This document shows positions 32,250 to 42,137 of a DNA stretch of 42,137 nucleotides, one piece after another. Source of the DNA: Lysobacter sp. (GTDB taxonomy: Bacteria > Pseudomonadota > Gammaproteobacteria > Xanthomonadales > Xanthomonadaceae). The stretch lies in contig SCUY01000169.1 in assembly GCA_004322525.1 (NCBI GenBank), positions 1 to 42,137 on the forward strand, written 5' to 3'. The notes beneath the pieces are model-generated. The model was given only the letters and a program-made list of their open reading frames with translations. It was not told the origin of the DNA and did no database searches. Numbering within the stretch: position 1 is the first letter of the stretch; each line of letters begins with the position of its first letter. The position numbers and the translations under genes are program-made.

Positions 32250-32890
32250 GCCGGAACAGTGTAACGCGCGTCGCGCAGCACGCCGGCGCAGTCGATCGGC
32301 TCGCCGGTGAGGCTGAGCCGCTGCGACACGGGCGTGAAGGCAGGACGCGCTGCCACGTCGAGCCAGAGCAGCTGGCGCCCGCCAACGGGTTCGATGGTGG
32401 CGGCGAAACCCGCGATGACGAGTGCCTGCGCGCGGTCGCGTGCGGAGGCTTCGTTGCGGTAGCGGCCGAGCGCGATCGTGTTGGCATCGACGCCCGCGTC
32501 GGGCATGACGAGGTAATCCGTGAAGCCGGCCGTGGCGATGCGGGCCGCGGTGGCGACGGCGGCGGCGCGCGATGGCTGCGCGAGCACGACCTGCCAACCG
32601 CGAGGGGGCGAAGTGATCTGCACGGCGGTGGCGGTCCAGGCCACCTCGCCGGCGATCACGGCGCGTGCCGTCTCCAGAGCCGCCGGAGCAGTGAAGGGGC
32701 CAAAACGGTAGCAGCGGGACGGCGCGACGGTGTCACCGTCACCGCCACGCGCCTGCACGACTTCGAGGCGCGGAACGTCTGGCGGCAGGCCACTGTCCTT
32801 CGCGCGGGGCGGCTCGTCATGGAGAACCCACCACGCCGCGACGCCAACATTCAGCGCGAGCAACAGCACCAGCAGTCCGCGCATCAGCAT
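32240..32890 (-). CDS. SPOR domain-containing membrane-anchored protein
   Basis: N-terminal TM LLVLLLALNVGVAAWW, CYRFGPF, GFTDYLV, IALGRY; usual position downstream of coaX. Confidence 0.8.
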   Translation of the reverse strand: MLMRGLLVLLLALNVGVAAWWVLHDEPPRAKDSGLPPDVPRLEVVQARGGDGDTVAPSRCYRFGPFTAPAALETARAVIAGEVAWTATAVQITSPPRGWQVVLAQPSRAAAVATAARIATAGFTDYLVMPDAGVDANTIALGRYRNEASARDRAQALVIAGFAATIEPVGGRQLLWLDVAARPAFTPVSQRLSLTGEPIDCAGVLRDARYTVPAPA

Positions 32891-32939
32891 GGTGCGATTC
32901 TAGCGGGGGCGTGCAGGTGTGGACGTGACGCGAATCGCG

Positions 32940-33668
32940 TCAGCCCGAACTTGCCCAGGCCGCGAGTCCATCCAGAACGAGAGCGGGCACGTGCAATGCA
33001 TCCGGCCGCCGTGCAACTACGGGTTCGACACCTCCGCCATGCAGCAGCAGGCGTACTTCCCCATCCAGGCACCGGCGGGCCGAAGCATGTGCCTCGTCGA
33101 TAAGCGCAAGCGCGGCGGACTGGCAGCCACTCGCCAGGGCGTCGTCGGTATCGAGCGCCCAGTCAACCCAGGCACCTCCTTCGGCAGGCAGTTGCGGAGC
33201 GCGCGCATGCAGCGCCTCCCGCATCAGTGCCGGCGAGGGTGCGATGCGCCCGCCGCGGTGAATACCCTCGGCATCCACGAGATCGAGGGTGATCGCGGTT
33301 CCAACGCTGCAGACGAGCACGGCACCCTGCACCTGTCGACGAGCGCCCAGCATGGCGAGGAACCGGTCCACGCCCAGCCGTGCGGGGTCGGCATAGGCGA
33401 TCCGCAGGCCGTCGAAGCGCGCCTGGGTGCGTGCCAGTTCGATGCGCCCGCAATGCCGTGTCAGCGCTTCGAGCAGGTCCACCCGGCGGGAGGCGGTGGC
33501 CACGCTCGCGACATGCGCGATGTCGAGGTGCATTGGCAGGATGCCTGCAAGCAGCGTCCCCATGGAGCCTGTCGCGTAGGGAAGCGCATGCACCGGGCCT
33601 GCCTTGCCGTCGCGCAGTTCGGCGCACTTGAGCCGGGTGTTGCCGAGGTCGAACAGCCACGTACTCAT
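32940..33668 (-). CDS. coaX: Type III pantothenate kinase
   Basis: FDLGNTRLK, LGVDR, SVGTAITLD, GGRIAP, LVLDGL. Confidence 0.93.
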   Translation of the reverse strand: MSTWLFDLGNTRLKCAELRDGKAGPVHALPYATGSMGTLLAGILPMHLDIAHVASVATASRRVDLLEALTRHCGRIELARTQARFDGLRIAYADPARLGVDRFLAMLGARRQVQGAVLVCSVGTAITLDLVDAEGIHRGGRIAPSPALMREALHARAPQLPAEGGAWVDWALDTDDALASGCQSAALALIDEAHASARRCLDGEVRLLLHGGGVEPVVARRPDALHVPALVLDGLAAWASSG

Positions 33669-34648
33669 GCGTCTGCCCGGCGCACGGAAACTTCGCCCGC
33701 GTGGAGGCTGCGCTCGCTGCCATCGGCCATCCGCACCCGAAGGGCGCCGTCCGCGGCCAGCCCGACTGCGTGGGCGGCATGAATGCCATCGGCGAGATGC
33801 AGATCGATGTCACGGCCCTGCAGGCGGTCGAATGCCGCCCAGCGCGGCAGGAACGGCGCAAGCCCGTCGCGATCGAATGCATCGAGCATCGGCAGCAGCC
33901 GTGCCAGCACAGTGCCGGCGAGCACATTGCGGGAGGGCGGCGGTGCCAGCGTGGCGAGGTCGATCCACGGCTGGTCGATGGACGCCGCGGCGGTGTCCGG
34001 CATGCACACGTTGAGGCCGATGCCGATGACCGCGCGTACCGGCCCGGCAGCTTCGCCGCTGCCTTCCACCAGCAACCCGCCGAGCTTGCGCAGGACCGCA
34101 CCGTCATCCACCACCAGGTCATTGGGCCACTTGAGGCCGGCCACGGTGAACCCGAGGGAATGCAGCGCCTCGGCCACCGCGAGGCCCGCGACCAGGCTGA
34201 GACCACCCAGCCGCGCCAGGCCGCCGTCGAAAGCCCGCGATACCGAGAGATACAGGTTGGCGCCCAGCGGCGACTGCCATGGGCGGCCCCGGCGCCCCCG
34301 CCCCCGGAGCTGGCGTTCGGCCAGCAGGACGTGCGCGCCGTCGGCAGGTACAGGAGCCTCGAGCAGGCGCGTATTGGTCGAATCGACCGACCAGGCCACC
34401 TCGAGCATCCCCAGGCGCGAAGTCATGGGGACCGGGAGGACGGCCCGGATCGCGGCCTCGTCGAGCAGGTCGAGCGGAGCACCGAGCCGATAACCGCGGC
34501 CGGCGACGGCCTCGATGGGCACGCCTGCTTGGCGGAGCGCCTCGATCCGCTTCCAGACCGCCGCCCGGGTCTGCCCGGCCGCGCGGGCGAGCAGATCGCC
34601 GGAGGCCGGGCCCTCGATGAGGCGCTGCAGGAGCGCGCGGTCGTCCAT
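33665..34648 (-). CDS. birA: Bifunctional biotin--[acetyl-CoA carboxylase] ligase / biotin repressor
   Basis: N-terminal HTH (TRAAVWKRIEAL...GRGYRL), DSTN, GRGRRGRPW, KWPND, KLGGLLVE, GIGLNV. Confidence 0.96.
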   Translation of the reverse strand: MDDRALLQRLIEGPASGDLLARAAGQTRAAVWKRIEALRQAGVPIEAVAGRGYRLGAPLDLLDEAAIRAVLPVPMTSRLGMLEVAWSVDSTNTRLLEAPVPADGAHVLLAERQLRGRGRRGRPWQSPLGANLYLSVSRAFDGGLARLGGLSLVAGLAVAEALHSLGFTVAGLKWPNDLVVDDGAVLRKLGGLLVEGSGEAAGPVRAVIGIGLNVCMPDTAAASIDQPWIDLATLAPPPSRNVLAGTVLARLLPMLDAFDRDGLAPFLPRWAAFDRLQGRDIDLHLADGIHAAHAVGLAADGALRVRMADGSERSLHAGEVSVRRADA

Positions 34649-34777
34649 CAGAGGCAGTGGTAGCGGCAGTGGTTCATCGCGGGATTATGCGACCGCGTGA
34701 CCCGATAGCCGGCGGTACGCGAGGGAAATCCACGGTATCCTCGCCCGGATTCCGGACCGACCGGACCTGGGACTGCC

Positions 34778-35035
34778 ATGCATCGGATCCTCCTGAGCCT
34801 GTTGATCGTGTGTGCGAGCGCCAGCGTCGCCGCACGCGAGGTCAAGATGAGCAGCCCGGACAGTGGCAGCTGCGCGGATACGCCGGTCGAGCAGAAGGCC
34901 GACGCCCGCAAGCCTGTGCCCACGCGCGACACCATGCCGGCCCGCGAGGCCCGCACCCGGCCGAGCGTGCATGGCGATGTGGGCGTTGGCCCCCGCCTGC
35001 GCTGGCACAGCTTCATCCCGGGAATGTTCCGCTGA
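34778..35035 (+). CDS. Small secreted hypothetical protein
   Basis: Signal-peptide-like N-terminus, low-complexity middle, C-terminal RWHSFIPGMFR. Confidence 0.7.
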   Translation: MHRILLSLLIVCASASVAAREVKMSSPDSGSCADTPVEQKADARKPVPTRDTMPAREARTRPSVHGDVGVGPRLRWHSFIPGMFR

Positions 35036-35321
35036 TCGCTCCTCCCCGCCGCTGGCGGGTGCACAGGCGCGACCGCCTCGGCTGATCTGCAGCGGGCATC
35101 TGCACCGCCTTCCTCCGGCAATCCACCGTTTCACCCTGTGATGCCGCCACGGGAGGCAGTTCCGCTGCTGCACTCGTGGCAGCCGTGCACGGCATGGTTC
35201 CCGACCGCCGCGCCGGCATCCAGGCCGCTAGACCTGTCGATATCCGCAGGACACCGCATTCGGTCCCGCACGGCAATCATGCGGGCACACGCTAGACTGG
35301 CTTTTTGGCGAGGCGGGACGC

Positions 35322-35744
35322 ATGGCGAATATCGGATCAGTGCTCAAGGCGGAAATCACGCGGCTGGCGCGGAAAGAGGTCAAGGCGCAAGTCGACACAC
35401 TCCGCAAGGCTGCCAGTACGTACCGGCGCGATATCGCCGAACTCAAGCGCCAGGTCGCCCAGCTCGAGCGTACCGCCCGGCACTCCTCGAAGCGGCAGCA
35501 GGTCAGCGCCGCACCCGCCACACCCGGAAAGACCCGCTTCGTCGCCAAGGGGCTGCGTTCGTTGCGTCAGCGCCTTGGGCTGTCGGCGGCCGAGTTCGGC
35601 CGACTGGCCAATGCGAGCGGCCAGTCCATCTACAACTGGGAATCGGGCAAGACGATCCCGGCCAAATCGCAACAGGCCGCACTCGCGGCACTCCGTGGGC
35701 TTGGCAAGCGCGAAGCGCGCGCGCAGTTGGATTCGATGGCGTAG
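35322..35744 (+). CDS. XRE-family helix-turn-helix protein with N-terminal coiled coil
   Basis: LRSLRQRLGLSAAEFGRLANASGQSIYNWESGKTIP; N-terminal heptad pattern; TAGACT -10 at 35293-35298. Confidence 0.88.
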   Translation: MANIGSVLKAEITRLARKEVKAQVDTLRKAASTYRRDIAELKRQVAQLERTARHSSKRQQVSAAPATPGKTRFVAKGLRSLRQRLGLSAAEFGRLANASGQSIYNWESGKTIPAKSQQAALAALRGLGKREARAQLDSMA

Positions 35745-35887
35745 ACAGACGGCGGGTGGGAAGCCCGTGCTCCCTGCCGCCTTCCTCATCGAACGCCTAT
35801 TGGGCCGAGGGCGCGAACTGCGAACCGCATGAGCAGACCGGCCCGCTCTACACAAACACGGCATGTGCGCACACCGTGCACTGGGAA

Positions 35888-35960
35888 TGGGCCCACCAGG
35901 ATTCGAACCTGGAACCAAGGGATTATGAGTCCCCTGCTCTGACCGTTGAGCTATAGGCCC
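35888..35960 (-). tRNA. tRNA-Ile2 (CAT anticodon, lysidine-modified); CCA not encoded
   Basis: GGGCCTATAGCTCAACGGTCAGAGCAGGGGACTCATAATCCC...GGTTCGAATCCTGGTGGGCCCA; C4-G69/C5-G68 pairs and position next to rpoD favour Ile2 over Met. Confidence 0.9.
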
Positions 35961-35990
35961 GCAGCGCGGCGATTGTAGCGGCTGCGCAAA

Positions 35991-36020
35991 CGACAAGCCC
36001 GCCGGATGGCGGGCTTGTCG
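35991..36020 (-). terminator. rpoD terminator
   Basis: 13-bp stem CGACAAGCCCGCC / GGCGGGCTTGTCG with 4-nt loop; TTT follows on the minus strand. Confidence 0.8.
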
Positions 36021-36038
36021 TGCAATGACGATGCGATG

Positions 36039-37895
<1,857 letters not shown>

Positions 37896-37935
37896 GGGCT
37901 GCGCCACCTGGGTAAAGGGGTCAAGGGAACCGTGC

Positions 37936-37944
37936 ATTATACCA
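37936..37944 (-). promoter_or_regulatory. Extended -10 promoter (TGG-TATAAT) for rpoD
   Basis: Minus strand reads CTGGTATAAT about 40 nt upstream of the rpoD ATG. Confidence 0.7.
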
Positions 37945-37990
37945 GCGCCGGTTTTCAGGCTGGTCGGCGAAGCGTCTGGAATCTGAGCGG

Positions 37991-38428
37991 TCAGGCCTGC
38001 AGGAGAAACGTCACCGGCCCGTCGTTGACCAGACCGATCACCATATGGGCGCCGAAACAGCCCGTTTCCACCGCCGGATGGGCGCTCCGGCATGCGCTCA
38101 CGAGCCGGTTGAAGACAGGTTCAGCGATTTCCGGCGCGGCCGCGGTCTGAAAGCCCGGACGCATGCCCCTGGCGGTATCGGCGGCCAACGTGAACTGGCT
38201 GACCAGCAGCAGGCCTCCGCCCGTCTGCATCAGGCTGAGGTTCATTCGCCCCGCTGTGTCGGCGAATACCCGGTAGCCGAGCAACCGCTGCGCCATGCGC
38301 GCGACCTGTGGCTCCGCGTCATCCGGTTCAATGCCGACGAGCGCCAGCAGCCCCGGCCCGATCGCGCCCACCACCCGCCCGTCCACCGACACCTCCGCGC
38401 GCGTAACGCGCTGGATCAGGGCGAGCAT
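37991..38428 (-). CDS. dtd: D-aminoacyl-tRNA deacylase
   Basis: ALIQRV, LVSQFTL, GMRPGF, FGAHM, NDGPVTF. Confidence 0.96.
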   Translation of the reverse strand: MLALIQRVTRAEVSVDGRVVGAIGPGLLALVGIEPDDAEPQVARMAQRLLGYRVFADTAGRMNLSLMQTGGGLLLVSQFTLAADTARGMRPGFQTAAAPEIAEPVFNRLVSACRSAHPAVETGCFGAHMVIGLVNDGPVTFLLQA

Positions 38429-38488
38429 GGACGGTCTCGATCGGGCACCCCGTCAGGCTAGCAGACCGGTCCAGCTAGACTGCCGCGG

Positions 38489-39409
38489 ATGCACCGCATT
38501 CTCGCCGCCGCACTCCACCTGGCCGTCGCATTGCTCGCGCGGCTGCCCTGGAGCGTACTGCATGCCATGGCCGACCTGCTCGCCTCCCGCGCCTTGCGAG
38601 GCGACAGCCGTGAGGCCCGCGTGGCGCGTCGCAACCTGGAACTGGCCTACCCGGACCTGCTGCACGGGGAGCGCACCGCGCTGCAGCGTGATGTGCTGCA
38701 GACCACCATGCGCCAGACGGTCGAGACCTTCCGGCTGTGGACGCAGCCGCATGCATGCAACCTCGCGCTTATCGAAGAGCAGATCGGTGGCCCGCTGCTG
38801 GACGAGGCGATCGCCGCCGGGCGCGGCGTGATCGTGGTAGCCCCGCATTACGGAAACTGGGAACTGCTGAACCAGTGGCTCGCCTCGCGCACGGCGCTGG
38901 CGATCCTCTACGCGCCGCCCGAATCACCGGTCGCCGACGTCTTCCTGCAGCGCGTGCGCGCCGCGCAAGGGGATGCGCAACGGGTGACACAGGTGCGCGC
39001 GCAGGCTGCGGGCGTGCGCAAGCTGGTGAAATGGCTGCGTGACGGAGGTGTCGCGGGCATCCTTCCGGACCAGCAGCCCAAGCAGGGCGATGGCGAATTC
39101 GCACCGTTCTTCGGCCAGCCCGCGCTGACCATGAGCCTGCTGTCGCGCCTGGCCTCCCGTACCGGCGCGGCCGTCCTGGTCGCCTTCTGCGAACGCATCG
39201 GCGACGGGCGCGACGGGCCGCGTTTCGCGCTGCATGTCGAGCGCGCACCGGAGGAAGTTTCCGACCCTGACGTGATGCGATCGATAGCCGCGCTCAACCG
39301 GGCGATCGAACATGTCGCGCGGCGCGATCCCGCGCAGTATCAGTGGACCTACAAACGGTTTTCCCTGCAGCCTGACGGAAGCAATCCTTACTGGCCCGAC
39401 TGCTACTGA
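38489..39409 (+). CDS. Lipid A late acyltransferase (LpxL/HtrB family)
   Basis: APHYGNWE (HxxxxE), ILPDQQP, APFFG, PAQYQWTYKRF. Confidence 0.9.
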   Translation: MHRILAAALHLAVALLARLPWSVLHAMADLLASRALRGDSREARVARRNLELAYPDLLHGERTALQRDVLQTTMRQTVETFRLWTQPHACNLALIEEQIGGPLLDEAIAAGRGVIVVAPHYGNWELLNQWLASRTALAILYAPPESPVADVFLQRVRAAQGDAQRVTQVRAQAAGVRKLVKWLRDGGVAGILPDQQPKQGDGEFAPFFGQPALTMSLLSRLASRTGAAVLVAFCERIGDGRDGPRFALHVERAPEEVSDPDVMRSIAALNRAIEHVARRDPAQYQWTYKRFSLQPDGSNPYWPDCY

Positions 39410-40533
39410 GGCGGCAGGCGCGTGGCGGCTGCGACCTCGAGCAACATGGCCTCGTAGTCGGCATCCATGCGTTCGCGGCTGTAGCAGGTGATCGCGGCCT
39501 CGCGCGCCGCATGCGCCAGGGTCGCCGCCATGGCGTCGTCACGCAGCAGTGCCTCGAGAACGTCCGCGAGTGCGGCCGGATCCGATGCCGGGACGAGGCG
39601 TCCGTCGACCCCATCGCGGATCACTTCGCGCACCCCGGGCACCGCGCTCCCCACGACAGCGCAGCCGGCCGCCATGCCTTCGATCAAGGCCAGCGGCATG
39701 CCTTCGTAGTGGGTGCTCAGCACGCACAGGCGGTGCTGCATGAGCAGATCCGGAACCTCACGGTGCAGGCCCAGGAATCGCACCTGCGCGGTAAGCCCGA
39801 GTTCGCCGACCAGGCGTTCGATACGTTCGCGATGCGCCCGATTGCCCGCCCCGGCGAACGACACCGGCGGCGTCAGGCCGCGATCCCGCAACAGCGACAC
39901 GGCGCGCACGAGGGTCGCGTGGTCCTTCTGCCTGGAGAAGCGCGCGACCATCACGATACCCGGCACGCGTGCAGCCAACGGATGTTCGTTCCCGCCTGCG
40001 AAGGGCGCCAGGCGCACGCCGTTCGGTATGGCGACGGTGCGAGCCGGCGGCATGCCCATGTCGAGCAGTACCTGCCGCACGCCTTCGGAACAGCCGATGA
40101 TCCGCGCGGTGCGCCTGGCCAACCACCGGGTCTGCGCAAGCCGCCAGGGGGTATAGCGTTCGCGCGTGTTGTGTTCGACATGCACGAGTGCGGGCACACG
40201 CGCCAGCAGCCCCGCATAGCGGCCCCACAGATGCTCGCTGAAGCCGTGCGCGACGAGTACATGCGGCTTCCACCGCCGGCACAGCGACGCCAGCGCGATG
40301 ATCGTCGCCAGGTGCGACCAGCCCGACACGACCTCCAATGGAACACCCGCGGCGCGCAACTCTTCAATGCGCGCCGGATCACCACGACGCTTGCGGCGCA
40401 GCACCAGCAAGGGTTCGATACGGTCCCGCGCGCGCTCCGCATTGACCAGCGTGATGGCGACCTGCGTCGCGCCCCCCGAGAAACCACCGGTGACGAAATG
40501 GATCACGCGCACGCGGGAGTCGGAAGTGTCCAT
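39403..40533 (-). CDS. Glycosyltransferase family 4
   Basis: IHFVTGGFSGGA, IPNGV, MVARF..QKDH, STHYEGMPLALIEGMAAG. Alternative TTG start at 40551. Confidence 0.9.
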   Translation of the reverse strand: MDTSDSRVRVIHFVTGGFSGGATQVAITLVNAERARDRIEPLLVLRRKRRGDPARIEELRAAGVPLEVVSGWSHLATIIALASLCRRWKPHVLVAHGFSEHLWGRYAGLLARVPALVHVEHNTRERYTPWRLAQTRWLARRTARIIGCSEGVRQVLLDMGMPPARTVAIPNGVRLAPFAGGNEHPLAARVPGIVMVARFSRQKDHATLVRAVSLLRDRGLTPPVSFAGAGNRAHRERIERLVGELGLTAQVRFLGLHREVPDLLMQHRLCVLSTHYEGMPLALIEGMAAGCAVVGSAVPGVREVIRDGVDGRLVPASDPAALADVLEALLRDDAMAATLAHAAREAAITCYSRERMDADYEAMLLEVAAATRLPPQ

Positions 40534-40617
40534 GCTCGGCACCGGGATCAAAGGCCACAGCGTAAGCGCCGTGTGGCGCGACGCCTATACTCGCCGCGAC
40601 TTTCCGCGCAAACCGAC

Positions 40618-41394
40618 ATGACCGAGCCCCTGCCGCTGTCCGGCGTCGTCATCACGTTCAACGAAGCCGACCGCATCGCGCGCTGCATCGGCTCGATGCG
40701 TGGCCTGTGCGACGAGATCATCGTGCTCGACTCCGGCTCGACCGATGGCACCACCGGCATTGCGCAGTCTCTTGGCGCCCACGTCGTACATCGCGACTGG
40801 GACGGCTTCGCACGCCAGAAAAACGCGGCGATCGAACGCGCCCGCCATCGCTGGGTACTGCTGCTCGATGCCGACGAATGGCTGGAACCGGATGCGCAGC
40901 AGGCGGTGCAGCGCCTGTTCGCTGGTGAGCTGGAGAGCGCCGATTGCTGGCTGCTGCTGCGCCGCACGCATTTCCTTGGGCATCCACTGCGCGCCGGCAG
41001 CTTCGCGCGTGAGCCGGTGCACCGCCTGTTCCGCTCGCCGCTGCGGCATGCCGATGTGCCGGTGCATGAATACCTCGATGTCACCGGCCAGCGCGTGCGC
41101 CGTTCGGAGATCGTGCTCGAGCACGACACTGCCCGCAACGCGGACGAATACCGTTCGAAGCTCGACGGCTACGCACAGCTGTGGGCGCAGGCGCAGGCCG
41201 CGCGTGGCCGCCGTGCATCAGCCGGGCGCGGCCTGCTCGCCGCCGCGATGTACCTGCTGAAGAACCTCCTGCTGCGCGGTGGCCTTGTCGACGGCCGTGC
41301 CGGGCTCGTGTTCCATGGCCTGCATGCGCGCTATGTCTTCCGCAAATACGCGCTGTTGCGCGCAGCCGAAGTTACGCGGGATGTAGCGCGCTGA
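40618..41394 (+). CDS. Glycosyltransferase family 2, KdtX/WaaE-like (LPS core)
   Basis: SGVVITFNEA, VLDSGSTDGT, GFARQKNAA, LLDADE, VHE; TATACT -10 at 40586-40591. Confidence 0.9.
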   Translation: MTEPLPLSGVVITFNEADRIARCIGSMRGLCDEIIVLDSGSTDGTTGIAQSLGAHVVHRDWDGFARQKNAAIERARHRWVLLLDADEWLEPDAQQAVQRLFAGELESADCWLLLRRTHFLGHPLRAGSFAREPVHRLFRSPLRHADVPVHEYLDVTGQRVRRSEIVLEHDTARNADEYRSKLDGYAQLWAQAQAARGRRASAGRGLLAAAMYLLKNLLLRGGLVDGRAGLVFHGLHARYVFRKYALLRAAEVTRDVAR

Positions 41395-41464
41395 AGAGGT
41401 GTACGCGATCCACCAACCGCGGGCCGCTGCATTCCGATAGCGCAGCCCGCAATGGCAACGCGGC

Positions 41465-42137
41465 TCAGTGCGCGCTTACTGTGCCACCGCACCGCGATGA
41501 ATCTGCCGGCAGCAACCACCACTGGCGACGGTTGCTGTGGCCGACGTCGATCGCACGGCGGCGGTCAATGCAAGGGAGCATCGCGGCCTCTTCGAGCAAC
41601 AGCCAACGTCGTGCCGGCGCGACGCGTTGCCAGGCGAGCGCCGCATGAAGCTGCTCGACCGCCGGCGTCTTGAAACCGAACGTGCGCGCGGGGCGATCGG
41701 ACATCAGCAGGTTCTGCTCCTTCCAGGCAACCAGACCGAGTTCGGCCGTCGGCGGGAGATTCGCGGCGACGCGCTGCATCAGGCCGCGTGCGGAGCTGGC
41801 GTCGTTGAGCAACGGCTGCGCGGCCAGGCCGATACCGAGCCACAGGCCGGTGAGCGTGGCCAGCAGCGCGGCAACCCCGCGCGCGGGGCGGAACGCGACC
41901 AGCATCGCAAGGCCCCAGGCGCCGATCGCGAGCATCACGTAGCCGAGCGCGTCGGCGCCGCGGGCCAGGCCGCGCGCTTCGTCGAGGCGCTGCTCGAAAC
42001 CGGGATGGCCCGCGACCACCAGCGCGCCCGCGACCAGCGGCACCAGGGTGATGACGGCGGCAAAGCCGAAGGCGAGCCGGCGCACGCCGCTGCGTTCGAT
42101 CAGCGCAGGCAGCCAGGGCCCCATGGCGAGGCAGAAC
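41465..42137 (-). CDS. ArnT/GT39-like membrane glycosyltransferase, C-terminal part (5' end outside the window)
   Basis: Several TM helices followed by a soluble domain (PLLNDASSAR, GLVAWKEQNLL); LPS gene context; frame open to the window edge. Confidence 0.6.
   Translation of the reverse strand, partial: FCLAMGPWLPALIERSGVRRLAFGFAAVITLVPLVAGALVVAGHPGFEQRLDEARGLARGADALGYVMLAIGAWGLAMLVAFRPARGVAALLATLTGLWLGIGLAAQPLLNDASSARGLMQRVAANLPPTAELGLVAWKEQNLLMSDRPARTFGFKTPAVEQLHAALAWQRVAPARRWLLLEEAAMLPCIDRRRAIDVGHSNRRQWWLLPADSSRCGGTVSAH

Noticed and set aside
35322-35744. HTH gene as antitoxin of a toxin-antitoxin pair or as a prophage repressor
   Set aside because: No toxin-like ORF, integrase or phage gene nearby.

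Overview
High-GC gammaproteobacterial chromosome segment. Gene content and order (stand-alone aceE; rocF-tRNA-Thr-SPOR-coaX-birA; tRNA-Ile2-rpoD-dtd-lpxL; Grx4-rhodanese fusion) point to a Xanthomonadaceae/Lysobacteraceae organism. It holds about 39 CDSs, mostly housekeeping or envelope genes (aceE, maeB, rsgA, alaA-like aminotransferase, grxD, amn, trpS, rocF, coaX, birA, rpoD, dtd, lipid A acyltransferase, five glycosyltransferases), plus tRNA-Thr(TGT) and tRNA-Ile2(CAT). I see no CRISPR array, rRNA, integrase or transposase. Best candidates for undescribed biology: (1) a BlaI + M56 sensor-protease (proline linker plus a Coa1-like C-terminal domain instead of a penicillin-binding domain) + secreted S41 peptidase unit, with the same tandem TACTA-N6-TAGTA-type operator pair upstream of both blaI and the peptidase; (2) three secreted amidohydrolases (one with intact metal ligands, one degenerate, one beta-propeller fusion) interleaved with DUF1761 and DegV genes; (3) a QEGLA/DUF1704 (MATCAP-like) metallopeptidase abutting rsgA. 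Smaller oddities are a tRNA-Ile2 lacking encoded CCA, a CDS running into tRNA-Thr, probable leaderless genes and an anti-SD hairpin over the entericidin RBS. All family calls come from recognising motifs by eye; no searches were run.
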